From assembly GCF_006345805.1 (NCBI RefSeq), contig NW_021832008.1:1-63239 (forward strand): a stretch of DNA of 63,239 nt. The letters are read 5' to 3'. This document shows, piece after piece, positions 14,101 to 27,151 of the stretch (the stretch's first letter is position 1; each line of letters opens with the position of its first letter). The notes under the pieces were generated by a model. The model was given only the letters and a program-made list of their open reading frames with translations, searched no databases and was not told the origin of the DNA. The stretch is from Octopus sinensis (Eukaryota). A program made the position numbers and the translations under genes.

Positions 14101-14535
14101 TGTTGAAGTCACCTAGCAATACTAACGTGTTCGACGTGCCAAGAAAATTCTCTAGGCTTTTGAAATACTCTTTCTGCCCAGCTTTTCCTTCACAGGGAGC
14201 ATAGACAGCGACCAGCCTGAACACTTTACCACTGCTGTGCGTCACATCCAAAACGACCAACCTGCCTTCTGGATCTATAAAGACAGTTCTAATCTCTAAA
14301 TCCAGGTTTTTCCTGACCAGCACTGCCGCTCCTCCTCCCCCTCCAGGTCGACAGGGAGAAATGTATTTCTCATAGCCGTTTAGAAGGGGCGAAAAAGCCT
14401 GCAGCCCACTCAGTCTGGATTCGGTAATTACCACTACATCCAAACGATGCGACCTAAGGTCGTTAAGGAGGTAGCCTTGCTTCCAATACGACCCCAGGCC
14501 GCGAATATTTATACAACCGAGTTTAAACGAGAAAG
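11125..14535 (-). pseudogene. Tx1 ORF2 (AP endonuclease + reverse transcriptase + zinc-binding domain), one frameshift near 12985
   Basis: LGCINIRGL, LLGDFN, SYIDRI, SDHK, YWKLN, KSPGLDG, LDQSKAFDRVDH, VRQGCPLSP, AYADD, CARC...HVIVQC. Confidence 0.92.
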
Positions 14536-14561
14536 TGAAAATTTAGTCGAATGTTTAAAAC

Positions 14562-16109
14562 TTACTGTTTTAACAGAAGAGAGGGTGTAGTTTCACCCTC
14601 ATCTTTTCTGTCTGTGAGTGTTGTGTTTTGCGAGGTCAGTTTTTTTGCGAATTGCTTGTACAGATGGCTTGAAAAGTTCATCTGTAACGGGCCTACGTCC
14701 TCTGCAAAAGATTTTTTAATTTCAAAATAATCCGCGTTATCTATCGTATAAAATTCTATATTTTCAGATATAATACTATTTATATCTGTTGCGATATATT
14801 TTTTCACCGATTTCAGTAAATTAATTTTTTCCCTTAATGGGATATTGTTTTTTTTATCGCCGTGAAGGTGTTTCTTTTTTTTTTTGTTAGTGATTGTGAT
14901 GGGGGCTGTGTGTGTGTGTTTGTGGGTGTGTGTGTGCTTGTAGAAGCGTGGGTGTTTGTAGGTGTGCGTGCTTGTGGTAGGTGTGTGAGTGTTTGTGTGT
15001 GCTTTTTCCAGTGTGTGTGTTTTTTTGCTACGTGTGTGTTTGCGACTGTATTTGTGGTGTGGGTGTGGGTGTGCTTGTCTGTGTCAGAGTATAGTCCTGT
15101 GTATCCGAAGAGGGTGGATTTTTCCGTTTCATCTTCTTTTTGAAGCTTCCACGTTGACCCACTCCTGGATGTTGTTGTTGTTGTTGTCATCGTTGTTGTC
15201 GTTGTTTTCTCCCGTTGTCGGCTGAATTTCGGCAATTGGAGTGCGCGACGTGGCTGCTATTTCTAGCGGTGAAGTTGTTTTCGGCATCGTGCTTGCCTCT
15301 GCAGTATTTTCTTTCGCTGTCTTCTTGCAGCTCGACCTTATGTGGCCTTTCTCGCCACATTTATAGCACCTCGGTTTTCTTCCCTCGACTATTACCATCA
15401 AGGTGGTATTATCTCCAATGGTGAGGGAGCTTGGCAATTTTTCCAAGTCCGAGGGGTTCGCTTGGATCACAAGCTCTAAGTCCTGTCCATACCAGGTTGT
15501 GGGGCGATATCTTTTAGACTGAAGAATGGCAATTTCTTCCTATTTGCCTAAGAGAATCGCTGCTGTTATAAAGTCCACATCTATTTCGGGCAGAATGTCC
15601 GTGACTGTTATCCTGCTAGTTCTCATTCCTAAATAAAATGGTAAAAGAACTACCTCTTCTGACTTCAACGTTCTTGTTGAATGTTCCCTAGCTATTTCTT
15701 CGCTAGGGAAACGCACCTCTACCGTGCCGAAGCGACTACCCCTTGTTATAAATGTAGTTTGTTGCCAAATCGGCCTCAAACATTTTTCAATGGCTTCTCT
15801 CTGTACGAAGTCAATTTTCTTATTTTTGACATTATACGTCTTGTATATGACAGTTTTTCTCTCCATCGCGTAAATCAATTCACTGGGAGGGAACAACTTC
15901 ACATTATTACCTTCTTTTTTTAGTAGTCCTTGGTATTTCTTTAATTCTTCCTTGTTGATGACTATATTTTCACAGGGGCGAGTTGCTGCACTCGCAAAAT
16001 TTATTTTTGCCTTTTCTTGTCGTTTACTAGCTTCGCCAGACATATTGTCGTCTGCTTTTGTAATGCTCACGTGAGACGTCTCTTTACTTCTACCTTCCTC
16101 CTCCCGCAT
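14562..16109 (-). pseudogene. Tx1 ORF1 (nucleic-acid-binding, zinc knuckle), disrupted
   Basis: 15540-16109 and 15129-15470 are in frame across one stop; CYKCGEKGHIRSSC knuckle; later frameshifts in the low-complexity tail. Confidence 0.85.
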
Positions 16110-16400
16110 TTTCGCCTCATGCCTTCAAAGAAATTTTCAACGTTTTCCTCCGACTCAGAGGAGACTGGTTGCAAATTCATGTCTTTTCGTCACTTCCCCC
16201 TTGAAACAAGGGGGAAAGAACAGCAGAACTCTGCTGCAACAGCAGAACTCTGCTGCTACAGTAGAACTCTGCTGCTACAGCAGAAAAGAAGCTGGAGAGA
16301 CGACAAACAGAAGAATTTTCGACCAAACACGCAAATTCTTTCAACTTTTCAAGCACAAAAACAACATCATCACTCTGCAGAGCAAAGACAACACAGACCG

Positions 16401-16450
<50 letters not shown>

Positions 16451-17919
16451 GAGGTAGAGAGAAGAGAGAAGAGAGAGGAGCACAAAAGGAAAGAAAACAA
16501 GAGAAAAGAGGGACAAATTTTAACAGCTATTGTATCAGAGTAAATGCTTAAAAGAAAGGAAAAATATCTTGATGCATTGGATGCTTGTCCTTCATCAGAA
16601 GAAACATTTGGAAGAATAGTATAGGAGAGTGAAAAAGTGGTTGGAGGGAAAAGGGCAAGGAGTTAGGAGTCAAGTTGGAATGCCGTTCTATAGTGAGGGA
16701 GTTAAGAAGGGACGAATGAACATGGAATGCACATGTAGCAGTGTGCACTATGCATGTGTGTGTGTATCCTTTCCTTAATATCACATGATGGTTGTAATCA
16801 AATATGTTATGCATTTCTAGTTTTCCATGAAAAATATATGTGGCCATGGTAAATATTACTTTGCTTGGAAAAGCAGGTAAGGGTTGATGATAGGAAGGGC
16901 ATTCTGTCATAGGAAATCTGCCTCAACAAATTCCATCTGCCCCATGCATACTTAAAAAAAGTAGATGTTAAATGATGATCTGCAGAGTTTTTGTCAATCA
17001 AATTACTCTCACACAGCATTGATGGACCTGAAGCTGTGAGACAAGAGAACTGCTTGGAACTGCATCATTGATCTGAGATTGAAAAACAGTGACAAAACTT
17101 GGTTTCGAGACATTTTATGCTGTCACTCTACAGCTCTATGTAAATAAATTTATTAAATAAACCTGTGGCTTTCTTCTAATCTATCCTGAACTTTAAGCCA
17201 AATCATGACTTCATGTATAGAGAGCCCAAATACATCTTCTCATGGGGGTTTACCAACGAAGTCCACTTTCACATACAGCCATAGCAAGAAACATGGGCAG
17301 TAGAACTAGAATTCTTGTGGCCACTTTTAACTGCAACACTTCACTTTCACTGAAGATCTCTCTTGGCACACATATATCCTTCACATAGCAAAGACCACAA
17401 CTTAATGACTGTTCTTTCTCTTCAGACTAGACAATGTGTCATCCACCCCACAGTTAACAATTTCAAAAACAAACAAAAAGAGAAAAAACCCCAGAGACAT
17501 TTATATATATGTCCACACTACACACATGCACACTGTTTGTCTTGCATCACATACATCCATACAGTTGTATGTCCAGAAGCACCACACACACTGTTTTTTC
17601 CTTTTGTTTGCCTGTTGCATTTACTTTTGTTCTTTGTACATGCAGATTTTTTCTCATATTGTACACATTTCTCCCACTGTTGCCTCTTTGCAATCTCTGT
17701 ACATTTGTATTCCCTTTAACTTTCCATCGACTGTTCATTAGTTCTGACTTCAAATTTTACAGAGGAAGCCATGTACCTCCTTTGAAACCAGTTGTCTCAT
17801 CCATTGGCCACTGGATGACGCATGTCATGGTGTTGCACTGCGGGAGAATTAAATCTATAGCTTTTGGATGGTGCAACCAAAGCAATTAGACATATTTTCT
17901 TCCTGCTGCTATTCTTTCA

Positions 17920-19905
17920 GGCCGTGTGAATTCCTATGTACACTCTTTGGCCTGAAAAACGCAGCATAATCTTTCCAACACTTGATGGACAGGGGTCTTG
18001 ATTTTGTCTTTGCATACTTAGATGATATCCTTATCGCAAGTCAAAATGTGGAGCTATACAAGAAGCATTTAGTGATTCTTTTTGATAGACCAGAACAGTA
18101 TGGTTTAGTAATCAACCCTGCCAAATGTGTCTTTGGTGTTATAGAAATCGATTTCTTGGATCATTGAATTACTCCTGCCAGAAAAAGTGAATGCTATCTT
18201 AACCTTTCCACACCCCAACACAAGCAAGGCTCTACACCAGTTTCTGGGCATGGTCAACTTTTACCATCACTTCATTCCTTCTGCAGTAAGACTGATGAGA
18301 CCCCTATACAAGGCACTGTCAAATGATGATTCAAGAAGACAGGTGGAGTGGGACAGTGCAATAACCTCAGCCTTCAAATCTACAAAACAAGTTCTGGTCA
18401 AAACAACCATGCTGATCCATCCTCAAATATCAGCTTCCACTGCACTCACAGTTGATGGGGAGCATTTTGGAACAATGCATCAATGGCCAGTGGCAACCAC
18501 TTGCCTTCTTCAACCGACAACTACAACCTCCTGAACAGATATACAGTGCTTTTGACAAGGAACTGCTGGCTGTCCATCTAGGTGTTCACTTTCGCTATTT
18601 TCTTGAAGGCTGCATGTTTACAGTGTTCACAGACCACAAACCACTCACTTTTGCTATAAGCAAATTGAGCAAGTATGGCCAAGCAAATTGGGGAGTGGTC
18701 CAAGACCTGCATCCCCTGTCAACAAGCCAAGGTCCATCAGCACACCAAAGCACCCCTCAGCAACTATGAACCACCACAGGCCCATTTCAGCTACGTCAAC
18801 ATTGACCTTGTTAACCCTCTACCACCTTCACAGGGTTGCTCGTACCTACTGACTTTGGTAGACCACTACACTTGTTGGCCTGAGCAATGCAGAAACACAA
18901 GAAGTCAGCCGAGCTTTCATCACAAACTGATTTGCCCATTTCGGTGTCCAGATGGCATCTCACCCAATCAGGGTTTATAATTCACCTCAAAGCTGTGAAA
19001 TGACATGTGACCTTTTTGGAATCACAATGAAGCACACAACGGCCTACCATCCACAGGCCAACATGTTGGTGGAGAGATTTCACTGCCGCATTAAAGAATC
19101 CCTGACAACTAGACTTAACAGGCCCAACTGGATTGATCGACTTCCATGAGTGATGTTGGGAATCTTCACCACCCCAAAGGAAAATCTCAACACATCTTCT
19201 GCAGAAGTAGTGTATGGTGCCCCTCTTACAGTGCCAGGAGAGTTCCTTCCGAATGCAAAGTCAGACCCAAATGTCAAAAGGTACCTCGCACAACTGAGAG
19301 ACAGTGTGAGCCAGTTGCACCCTATCCCCATGTCAACACATGGTGCACCCAGATCATCCATACCAAATTACCTCTGCATGGCTAACTTCATGTTTGTTCA
19401 ATGTGACACAAGACGAAAACTCCTCCAATCACCCTATATGAAGTTGTATGTCCAGGAGACAAATCATTCCAAGTCCTAAATGGCTGATGACAAGACAGTT
19501 TCCATCAATAGGTTGAAACCAGCCTATCTCAATATTAAGGGCCCCGTCCAAGTAACTCAACCACCAAAGAAGGGCCACTTCAGGCAAATTACACTGACCC
19601 TTGGCAAAGGAACAGTTACCAAAGAGCCAAGTAACCACACGCATGTGCAAGAATATTAAAACGTCTTCTTGGTTCCAATGACAGTCAACAGTTCTATTGG
19701 GGAGCTATATGTAGGGCACTGCCCAAGGATTTCTGACAAACAAACTATAGACATGAACTTCACTGCGGGCTAGCTAGGGAACTGGTCTATGGCAAAGTCA
19801 ATTTCTGGTTAAGCAGGCTTTCTATTCTAGTGGGGGTTGAGTAGCAGCTGTCACCCTCGTGTATTTAAATGAATAAATCTTTCATTAACACAATCTGGAT
19901 CTCTG
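17920..19905 (+). mobile_element. Gypsy LTR retrotransposon remnant (RT-RNaseH-integrase, PPT, start of 3' LTR)
   Basis: FGLKNAA, YLDDILIAS, FLGMVNFY, YSAFDKELLA, TDHKPL, HTTAYHPQANMLVERFH; GGGGAG purine tract then TGTAG at 19710 and a downstream AATAAA. Confidence 0.88.
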
Positions 19906-20025
19906 TGAAATTTTTTGGCAGTCAATCATTTTGAGTCTCAGAATTGTCATTTTCATTTGTTTGTTTTTGTGAAAAGTTTATTTATTTACTTTTGACATGT
20001 TGAAGTGGAAGTGGAAGCTAATGGG

Positions 20026-20278
20026 CAGTGGCGGACTGGCCAGGTTGCCCAATAGCAAGTGGGCCCCTGTGCCATTAAGGGGCCCATCCCCTCATGTTTG
20101 AGAATTTTTTAATTCACCCCTGGAAGAATGCATTAATTATTTCAGCCTGGCTGTGTTTGTAGACTGTTGAAAAGAATACTTTTAACAAAAAAAAACAAAA
20201 AAACAATGGCATTGTAAGTTGCAGATGGACCCCCTTAGTCTCCTGGCAACCAATATCTTTAGACCCAGTCCGCCACTA
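20026..20278. mobile_element. hAT-type MITE
   Basis: TIRs CAGTGGCGGACTGG / CCAGTCCGCCACTA; exact 8-bp TSD CTAATGGG at 20018-20025 and 20279-20286. Confidence 0.9.
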
Positions 20279-20356
20279 CTAATGGGTATACGTGTGTGGG
20301 TATGCGAGCGGGTTCTATTTTATGTATTTCTATTCACTCACACATAACAAAAACAG

Positions 20357-20429
20357 TGTCGCATTTTAAACTTAAGAAAAGCCATGTATTATAAATATGC
20401 AAGGCTTTTCTCAAGTTTAAAATGTGACA
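20357..20429. repeat. Imperfect palindrome containing an empty copy of the Tx1-B target motif
   Basis: TGTCGCATTTTAAACTTAAGAAAAGCC...GGCTTTTCTCAAGTTTAAAATGTGACA. Confidence 0.75.
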
Positions 20430-20684
20430 GTATTGGTTACCATGCGTGTGTGAGTGTGTGGTGTTAATGAAAATGTTACGCATTAATTTAATGTGTTAAA
20501 CTTATCTTTATGGCATTCTTTCGATATAACTCGACAAAATCAAAGCATTTCACTTCGGGTATTTCCGTGGAAGCAAATGACATTTCGCTTCTGTTTTCTG
20601 CTTGGAAATTTGCGGATTTTACATACGCACATAAAATGGGTAAGAAAAAATATGCAAGGCTTTTTTTCTTCAAGTTTAAAATGA

Positions 20685-23600
20685 AATCTTTATTATGATC
20701 AAAATGATCGTACATAGAAAGGGACATTACAAGACAAACAAATACAAAAATGTTAAATGAGTTTGAATGAGCATTATGTTAAAAATTTACTTAAAAATAT
20801 TTTATATAACGTTTAATTTTTCCTTTACCTAGAACTTTAAAAAAAAAAACAAAGAAAGAAAACGAATAAAAGTTCAAAAAGATCGAACCCGGCAGCCTAT
20901 AAGGCCCAGCAACGATCTTTTCCTTTCGTCAATGATTAAGCTGGGTTACTAACACCCACCTTTCTCATCACATCCTTCCATCGTTTCTCGTATTCTCTCG
21001 GTGGCAGGGTCCTATTCTCCAACCCCATCTTGCTCTTCAGATGGTAAGACAGCAAACTGGGGCCAGAGAACCTTCCATTCTAGTCCTCCAAACACACTTT
21101 TTCAGTACTGCAACCATACAGTAAAAACAAGCCTTACCTTCCTTTCGGAGTCCAGTTGGCAATATCATCTTTATTATAGATCCAGTCAACAGCTGTACTC
21201 GTCCCAGATGCGACAGCACGTGTTCTATGTAACTTATCAAGCTGGATAGCGCCCGACATTGTACAAAAGCGTGCTGGACAGTTTCATTGTCCAACCCACA
21301 TCTTGGACACGTCGGTGGCACTGATATTCCGTGCCCGGATAACTTATTGCGAACAGGTAAAGTGTTCCTGTAGAACTGCCAGGTCAGGGATTTTTGGAAG
21401 TTATCCAAGTATCCCGGCCTGAAAGTTTTTTTGAACAGGTTGGCAAGTTGGTTCTCATCGAACCCCAGAGCCCCTCCTAGGACGTCATCGATTTTTGCCT
21501 CTACCAGCCCTCTATAGAACACTGAGGTTGTATTCCTGCTGCCGGCCTTGCCCGTCTTGTGGATCAGCCAGAGTGCCTGACAGCACTCCTTCTGCCATAA
21601 AGTCAGGTTACGTCTTTTAATGAGACCGGGTTTAAATCTCTCCAAAGAGGCCAGTTGCGGCAAGAACTCCTCTGCCAGCGGACTCCACACCTTATCACCC
21701 TCCAGGTGGCACTAGAGATGTCTCAGCCTCAACGCATGTCTGCGCATCATCAGCTACGGCATTTCCAGTCCGCCCTTTAATGGTTCCTGGCAGCAGCAAA
21801 CGGAGCGCCTCACAAGTGGCTTTCCTCTCCTCCACAAAAAGCAGAAGAGGAGTCGTTCCAACTTGTTTAGCCACAAATCAGGGCAAGGCACAATGGACAG
21901 GCAGTAGGTGATTACAGATGCTATAAACACCTGCACCACCTCCACCCTGCCCTTCAAGGATAGAGGCCTTCCAGACCACTTCCGTACTAAGGCCTCCATC
22001 TTGTCCACTACCTCACTCCAATTCTTCTCTGTCTGGGAGTTCGGGCCAAACCAAACTCCAAGCAACTTAACAGGACCATCTGTCCAGTGTCCAACGGCAC
22101 TGGACTATATTGACTTGCTCCTCCAGGTGCTGAGGCGCAAGCTGATCGACTTGTCCTTGTTAACTTTTGCCCCTGCCACCGCTTCATATCTTCGGAGAGC
22201 ATCTTCTACACAAGGTAGCTGTGCTTCGTTGGACACGATCAAGGTGACATCATCCGCATAAGCAGAAACGGACCTACCGCATCAGATTTCATTTGGGTTG
22301 CCTCCTAACTTCTCCAGCCTCTGCAGTAATGGCTCAAGAACCAAAACACAGAAGTGGAGACAAGGGACACCCTTGATGAACAGAACACTTGATCGAAAAC
22401 GGTTGCGTTAGGCAGCCGTTTATCTGGACTGTGGGTTTGATACCGCTGTACATAGCGGAGATCCACCCGCGAAAGCCAGGGTCCAACCCAGCCGCTTCGA
22501 GGACTGCTCCCAGGTACTGATGGTCTACCCTATCGAATGCTTTACTTTGGTCTAAATGGACCAATTCCCCTCCTTTGCCGGCTAATTTGCCAACCCTATC
22601 TAAGGTGTAGCGTAGAAGGTGAAGATTATCCTGAATCGACCTGCCTTGGATTGCACATGTCTGTGCCTTCCCAACAAGTTTCTTCACAACAGCTGTCAAC
22701 CTTTTTGCTAACACCTTGGCCAAAATCTTTAACTCTACATTAAGTAGAGTTATGGGCTTATAATTACAGATTCTATCCCCCTTGCTCAAGTCTTTCTGGA
22801 CCAGCGTCACAACTCCCCGGCTCACAGAACTGGGAATCCTCCCATTCTGTTGCCAGTTTGCATAGACACCTACCAGTATCTCCCCGAACAAGTCCGGCAT
22901 ATGATAAAACTCATAGGGCAGACCATCTAGCCCCAGCGACTTTTTCCCGGCGCACTTGGCCAACACTTCTCTTTCCTCCGCGGGAGTGATCGGTCCTTAA
23001 CAGCATTAGCCTCACGTGCCGAAAGTCACGGCCCACCGGCTAGGAAGACTCCCCCCGCTCAAGCGAACCACTTTCCCCAAACAACCGAACGAAATGCTGG
23101 TGAAAGACTTTCTGCATCTCCTCCTGTCCATAGATCTTGCGTCCCCATTCGTCCGTTATAGAGGACTCTTTGACTCTCCACACAACGTGCCCATCCAGCA
23201 ACATTAATACCTTCTTGCTTCCCTGCACGTAGCTTGGCTCTGACTCTGCAACCTTCATGTTTGGCATTGAGGTAGCAGTACAAGACCGTTCTCGCTGCCA
23301 AAACTCTAGATGCACAGCCAGATTCCATTGCCTCGTCTAAGTTCTTAACTAAATCGCCCTCTATTCTAGTCCTATCTAAACTTAGCTGCTTGCTAAATCT
23401 AATGGACTCTAAACAGATGACTCTTTTGAGGGTGTGCCACCATCTATTGTTAATGATGGTGCCACATAATGCCCTCTGAACTAACTCCTTAATCCGGGTA
23501 CGGAAAGCTTCACAAGTCAAAATAGACTTGTTCATTTTCCAATACCCGGGTCCCTGTCTATAACATTTATCTACATGTACCTCACACGTCACAAGCTTGT

Positions 23601-25903
23601 GATCCGTGTAAGGCACAATACAAAATTGTGGACAACTGACACTATTCTTATCTCTTTCCTTAATAAATACCCTATCTAGGTACAATTTGCGTGAGCCATC
23701 GTTGTTACTCCACGTCCACTGTGGAACGCTCGGCCCATTCAGTCGGTAACGGTCTACTAGATTATAGCTCTCTAGTAGACCCTTGATGCAAGGATTCCCT
23801 TCCCTATCAGTTGAGCCCACACTATCGACCCATGCATTTAGGATAGTGTTGAAGTCTCCTACCAAAATTAACGTTCTAGACGTTACTAGAAAGTGCTCCA
23901 GGTTCCAGTAGAACCTGGACTGCCTACCCTCCATAGCAGCGTAGACAGCTACCAACCTGAAGGACTGTTTACTCACATCTAGTACAACCAGCCTGCCTTC
24001 TGGGTCCAGAAAGACACTACTTATCTGTAAGTCCAAGTCCTTCCTGATAAGGACTGCCATGCTGCACCCCCATCCTCGGTTAGGAGAAATAAATTTCTTG
24101 TAACCATTCAGAAGAGGCAAGAGCGCTTGAGGTCCACTCATCTTGGACTCGGTTACCATAGCCACATCAATTCTATGTGTCACGAGGTCGTTCAGAAAAC
24201 AAGCCTGTTCCATCTCGGCCCCATTCCACGCACATTTAAACAACCTAACTTAATCATCGAAGAAAGAAAAATAACTTAATTACGGTTGTGAGAGGGAGCA
24301 TGGCAGTCTTTGTCTGCCTGCTTCCCCAGCACTCCCCGTAGCTGCTGGGCTGATAATCAGCTTCCCAGCTATGACCTCCTGGGTTACATCTTTAATAAGG
24401 TTTTTTTGCACATGTTCTTGGAAGAGTTTTCCTTTCCACTCTTCCTCTCCAACTTTGGCGTAACGTGTGTCAGACTCTTTGTCAGTCACTTTAAAAAATT
24501 TTATGCGGTTGCTTGCTTTAACACCTTTTCATTTTTAACATTAAACAAGATAATCTTGTCAGTTTTTTTTAAACCTTTTAGCGTTGGGGGTGGGGTTTAT
24601 TGAAAAGCTGTCCTACAAATGTAGTGTCAGCTGGGTGGGATTGGGGAATTTTTTGGTGTTGTTCTTGTGTGTTTGTCATTTTTCTTTTTGTTTGGAGAGG
24701 GGAGTCTGGGGTGCTTTCTTTTTTGCGTTTGTATGTAACTGTTGTATAATCTATATCAGTTTGGTCATTTTCTTTTGTTTGTTTTTCATTTTGTTTCTTT
24801 TCATCCTTCTGTTTTTTGTTTTGCTTTTTTTTTGTTATTTTCTTTTGTTGGTGCTATGTTCTGTCTCTATGTTTTGGAGAGGGACCTCAACTGTTTTTTA
24901 CTTCGTGCAAGTAGAGCGAACATGACCCTTCTGCCCGCACTTAAAACACCTGGGCCTACGTCCCTCCACCAACACACGAATTGTATGCCCCTCCCCTACG
25001 AAGACTCTATCGGGCAATTTTTCAAGTGTTTGGTTGTCAGCTTGAATTACCATTTCCAGCATTTGTCCCCTCCAGTTTGTCGGTTCCTTTTTCCTCATGC
25101 TCAGGATTGTTATTTTCCCTTCGACGTCATATATTACTGCTGTCACTTCCCACATGACTTCATAACCTACAGGTATGTCCTCAACCGTCACTTTCACCGT
25201 TCACCGACCCAAATACGTTGGCAGTAACACAATTTCTTTGCTCTTCAACGTTTGAGTCGAAATTTCCTTTACTATGTTAGCCAACTCGAAATGTGCTTCT
25301 ATTGTAGCACTTCTTACACCTCGGCTAACGTAGCACACCTTGTTCCATATCGGAGCCATACACCGTTCAACTACGTCATTTTTTACTTCAGTGATTCTTT
25401 TTTCCTTAATATTAAACACTTTGTAAACGACTGTTTTTTCGCGAATTGCTTGAACAGTTTCTGAGGTGGTATTAACTTGGTTTCTTCTCCAGTTTTCTCG
25501 ATTAATTTTCTGAACTGGAAGAGCTTGTCCACAGCTACTTCCAGTTCAATGACATTGCCACCTACGGCGGCCTAAAATCTTTGGTTATCCTTTTTATTTC
25601 CTTTGTTGTTTTTACTTCCTCCCATCTCGGGAAAATCATTCTTGGAGGCGAGGTCATACTCCATGATGTAGCACTTGTCTCAAAAGACAAGAAAACCTTG
25701 TCACAAATGACAAGAGACAAATTTTCACAGAAATTCTGAAATTTTCTGCCCCATAGGACAAAAATTACTGTTTTGTCACAAGACAACAGTTCAAGTCGAT
25801 ACACAATAACAAAAAACACAGACAGAAACGAACTCACGTAACAATTGGGTAGCAAGTGAAAATATTGATGCGCAACTGAGGAAAAAGAATACGAAATTGA
25901 AGG
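20685..25903 (-). mobile_element. Full-length degenerate Tx1-clade LINE (copy B) with a 16-bp TSD
   Basis: ORF1 knuckle CFKCGQKGHVRSTC; APE (GDFN, YLDRV, TDHK); RT (DQSKAFDRVDH, QGCPLSP, YADD); TSD TTCAAGTTTAAAATGA at 20669-20684 and 25904-25919. Confidence 0.92.
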
Positions 25904-26074
25904 TTCAAGTTTAAAATGAGACATTGCTGGCATAATTTCGTTATATCTACACTCCACAACCCATAGATATACCCGAAGTGAAATGTCTCGACCTTGTTGA
26001 GCTATATTGAAGGAATGCCATCGTTATTAATGTATATCGAATTATTCAGATTTAGACTAGATCTGATATATATA

Positions 26075-26712
26075 ATATATATAATAATGAAATTATTGCA
26101 TACAGTGCTCAGGTGCACCACAACTTGTCAGAAAGTACATATAAAGTGTATGCAGTAATGTACAAATGTCTGGAAAGCAAACAATGTTTGAGTCAGATAC
26201 ATGCTTCTGTGTGTATGGAGGGGAGAAAATCAGGTGCAGTGTTGGCGAATCTCAGAAAGCATGGAAGTTTTGAAGGATGCAGTGCTCCGACAACTAACAA
26301 CTGATGCCGGCAGCTTGTTCCACACTTCAGCAACTCTCAGCATGAAAAAATGTTTCCAAAAGTCATGGGAGCTGTGCTGTTTTCTGACTTTGTAAATATG
26401 TCCACGGGTGTTAGACGGGTGGAGTTTGAAAAGGTGCTCAGAGTTATTGTTTGTAAGATGGTTAATAATTTTATGGGTGTCTGCCAAGTCAGCTGCCAGA
26501 CGTCGGAGTTTCAATGTGTCTATGCCCAGAGAAGTAAGGCGTTCAGAATATGGCAAATGCCTGATGGAGGGTATTCTTTTGGTTGCACGTTGCTGAGCGG
26601 CTTCCAGACGATTAATATCCTGGGCAAGATAGGGGTTCCAGACAGGTGATGCAAATTCCAGGTGAGGTCTTACCATAGCTATATAAAACCGCAGATAGAT
26701 AGCCGGAGAGCA
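26075..26712 (-). mobile_element. CR1/L2-group LINE 3' fragment
   Basis: YIAMVRPHLEFASPVWNP...QRATKRIP...TRGH...RVAEVWNKLP, followed by a TA-rich tail. Confidence 0.88.
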
Positions 26713-27057
26713 GCTCACAAAGGATATACACGTACATACATAAATACACACACACATGCGTCTTCTGCCACTCCTTTTCCACCTCAACACGAATGTTTAC
26801 AGTTCACAAAACGTGCATTCAAATCCTGTTTTCTGACTGGATAAAAATTTTTCACTTGAAAGTAACGAACGAAAGTGACAATTTTGAGACTCAAAACGAT
26901 TGCTTGCCAATTTTTTTGTGTATAGCTTAACTAAAGCTGTAAATAATGCAATAACAACGTAATAACATTTTTAAATAATCATGAATACAAGTATGAGAAG
27001 TTTTCCAGGTTGTGGAAACACAGAATAAAAAGAAAGACATGCAACGTGAAACAACTT

Positions 27058-27151
27058 CGGCGAAGGTAAAGAATACGCACACCCGGTGTTTAGAGGTTAG
27101 GGGTAGGATTACGCTGAAAATGGGTGGTGTGCGTATTCTCTACCTCCGCCG
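27058..27151. mobile_element. 94-bp hairpin mini-element
   Basis: 26-bp arms CGGCGAAGGTAAAGAATACGCACACC / GGTGTGCGTATTCTCTACCTCCGCCG; flanks CAACTT and CAATTT. Confidence 0.6.

Larger units (their letters stand above)
10903..16404 (-). mobile_element. Near-full-length Tx1-clade LINE (copy A) in a (GA)n/(TC)n tract
   Basis: ORF1 with CCHC knuckle; ORF2 with APE, RT and C-terminal CxxC..H..C; AATAAA at the 3' end; (GA)n at both flanks. Confidence 0.92.
19910..26915. mobile_element. Old inverted-repeat (foldback/MITE-like) host element(s) disrupted by later insertions
   Basis: 19915-20010 is an imperfect reverse complement of 26770-26910; 20510-20570 is an imperfect reverse complement of 25960-26021. 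Confidence 0.55.

Noticed and set aside
16940-17085. Possible minus-strand exon after TTTTTCAATCTCAG
   Set aside because: Weak donor, stops in all frames, no homology recognised
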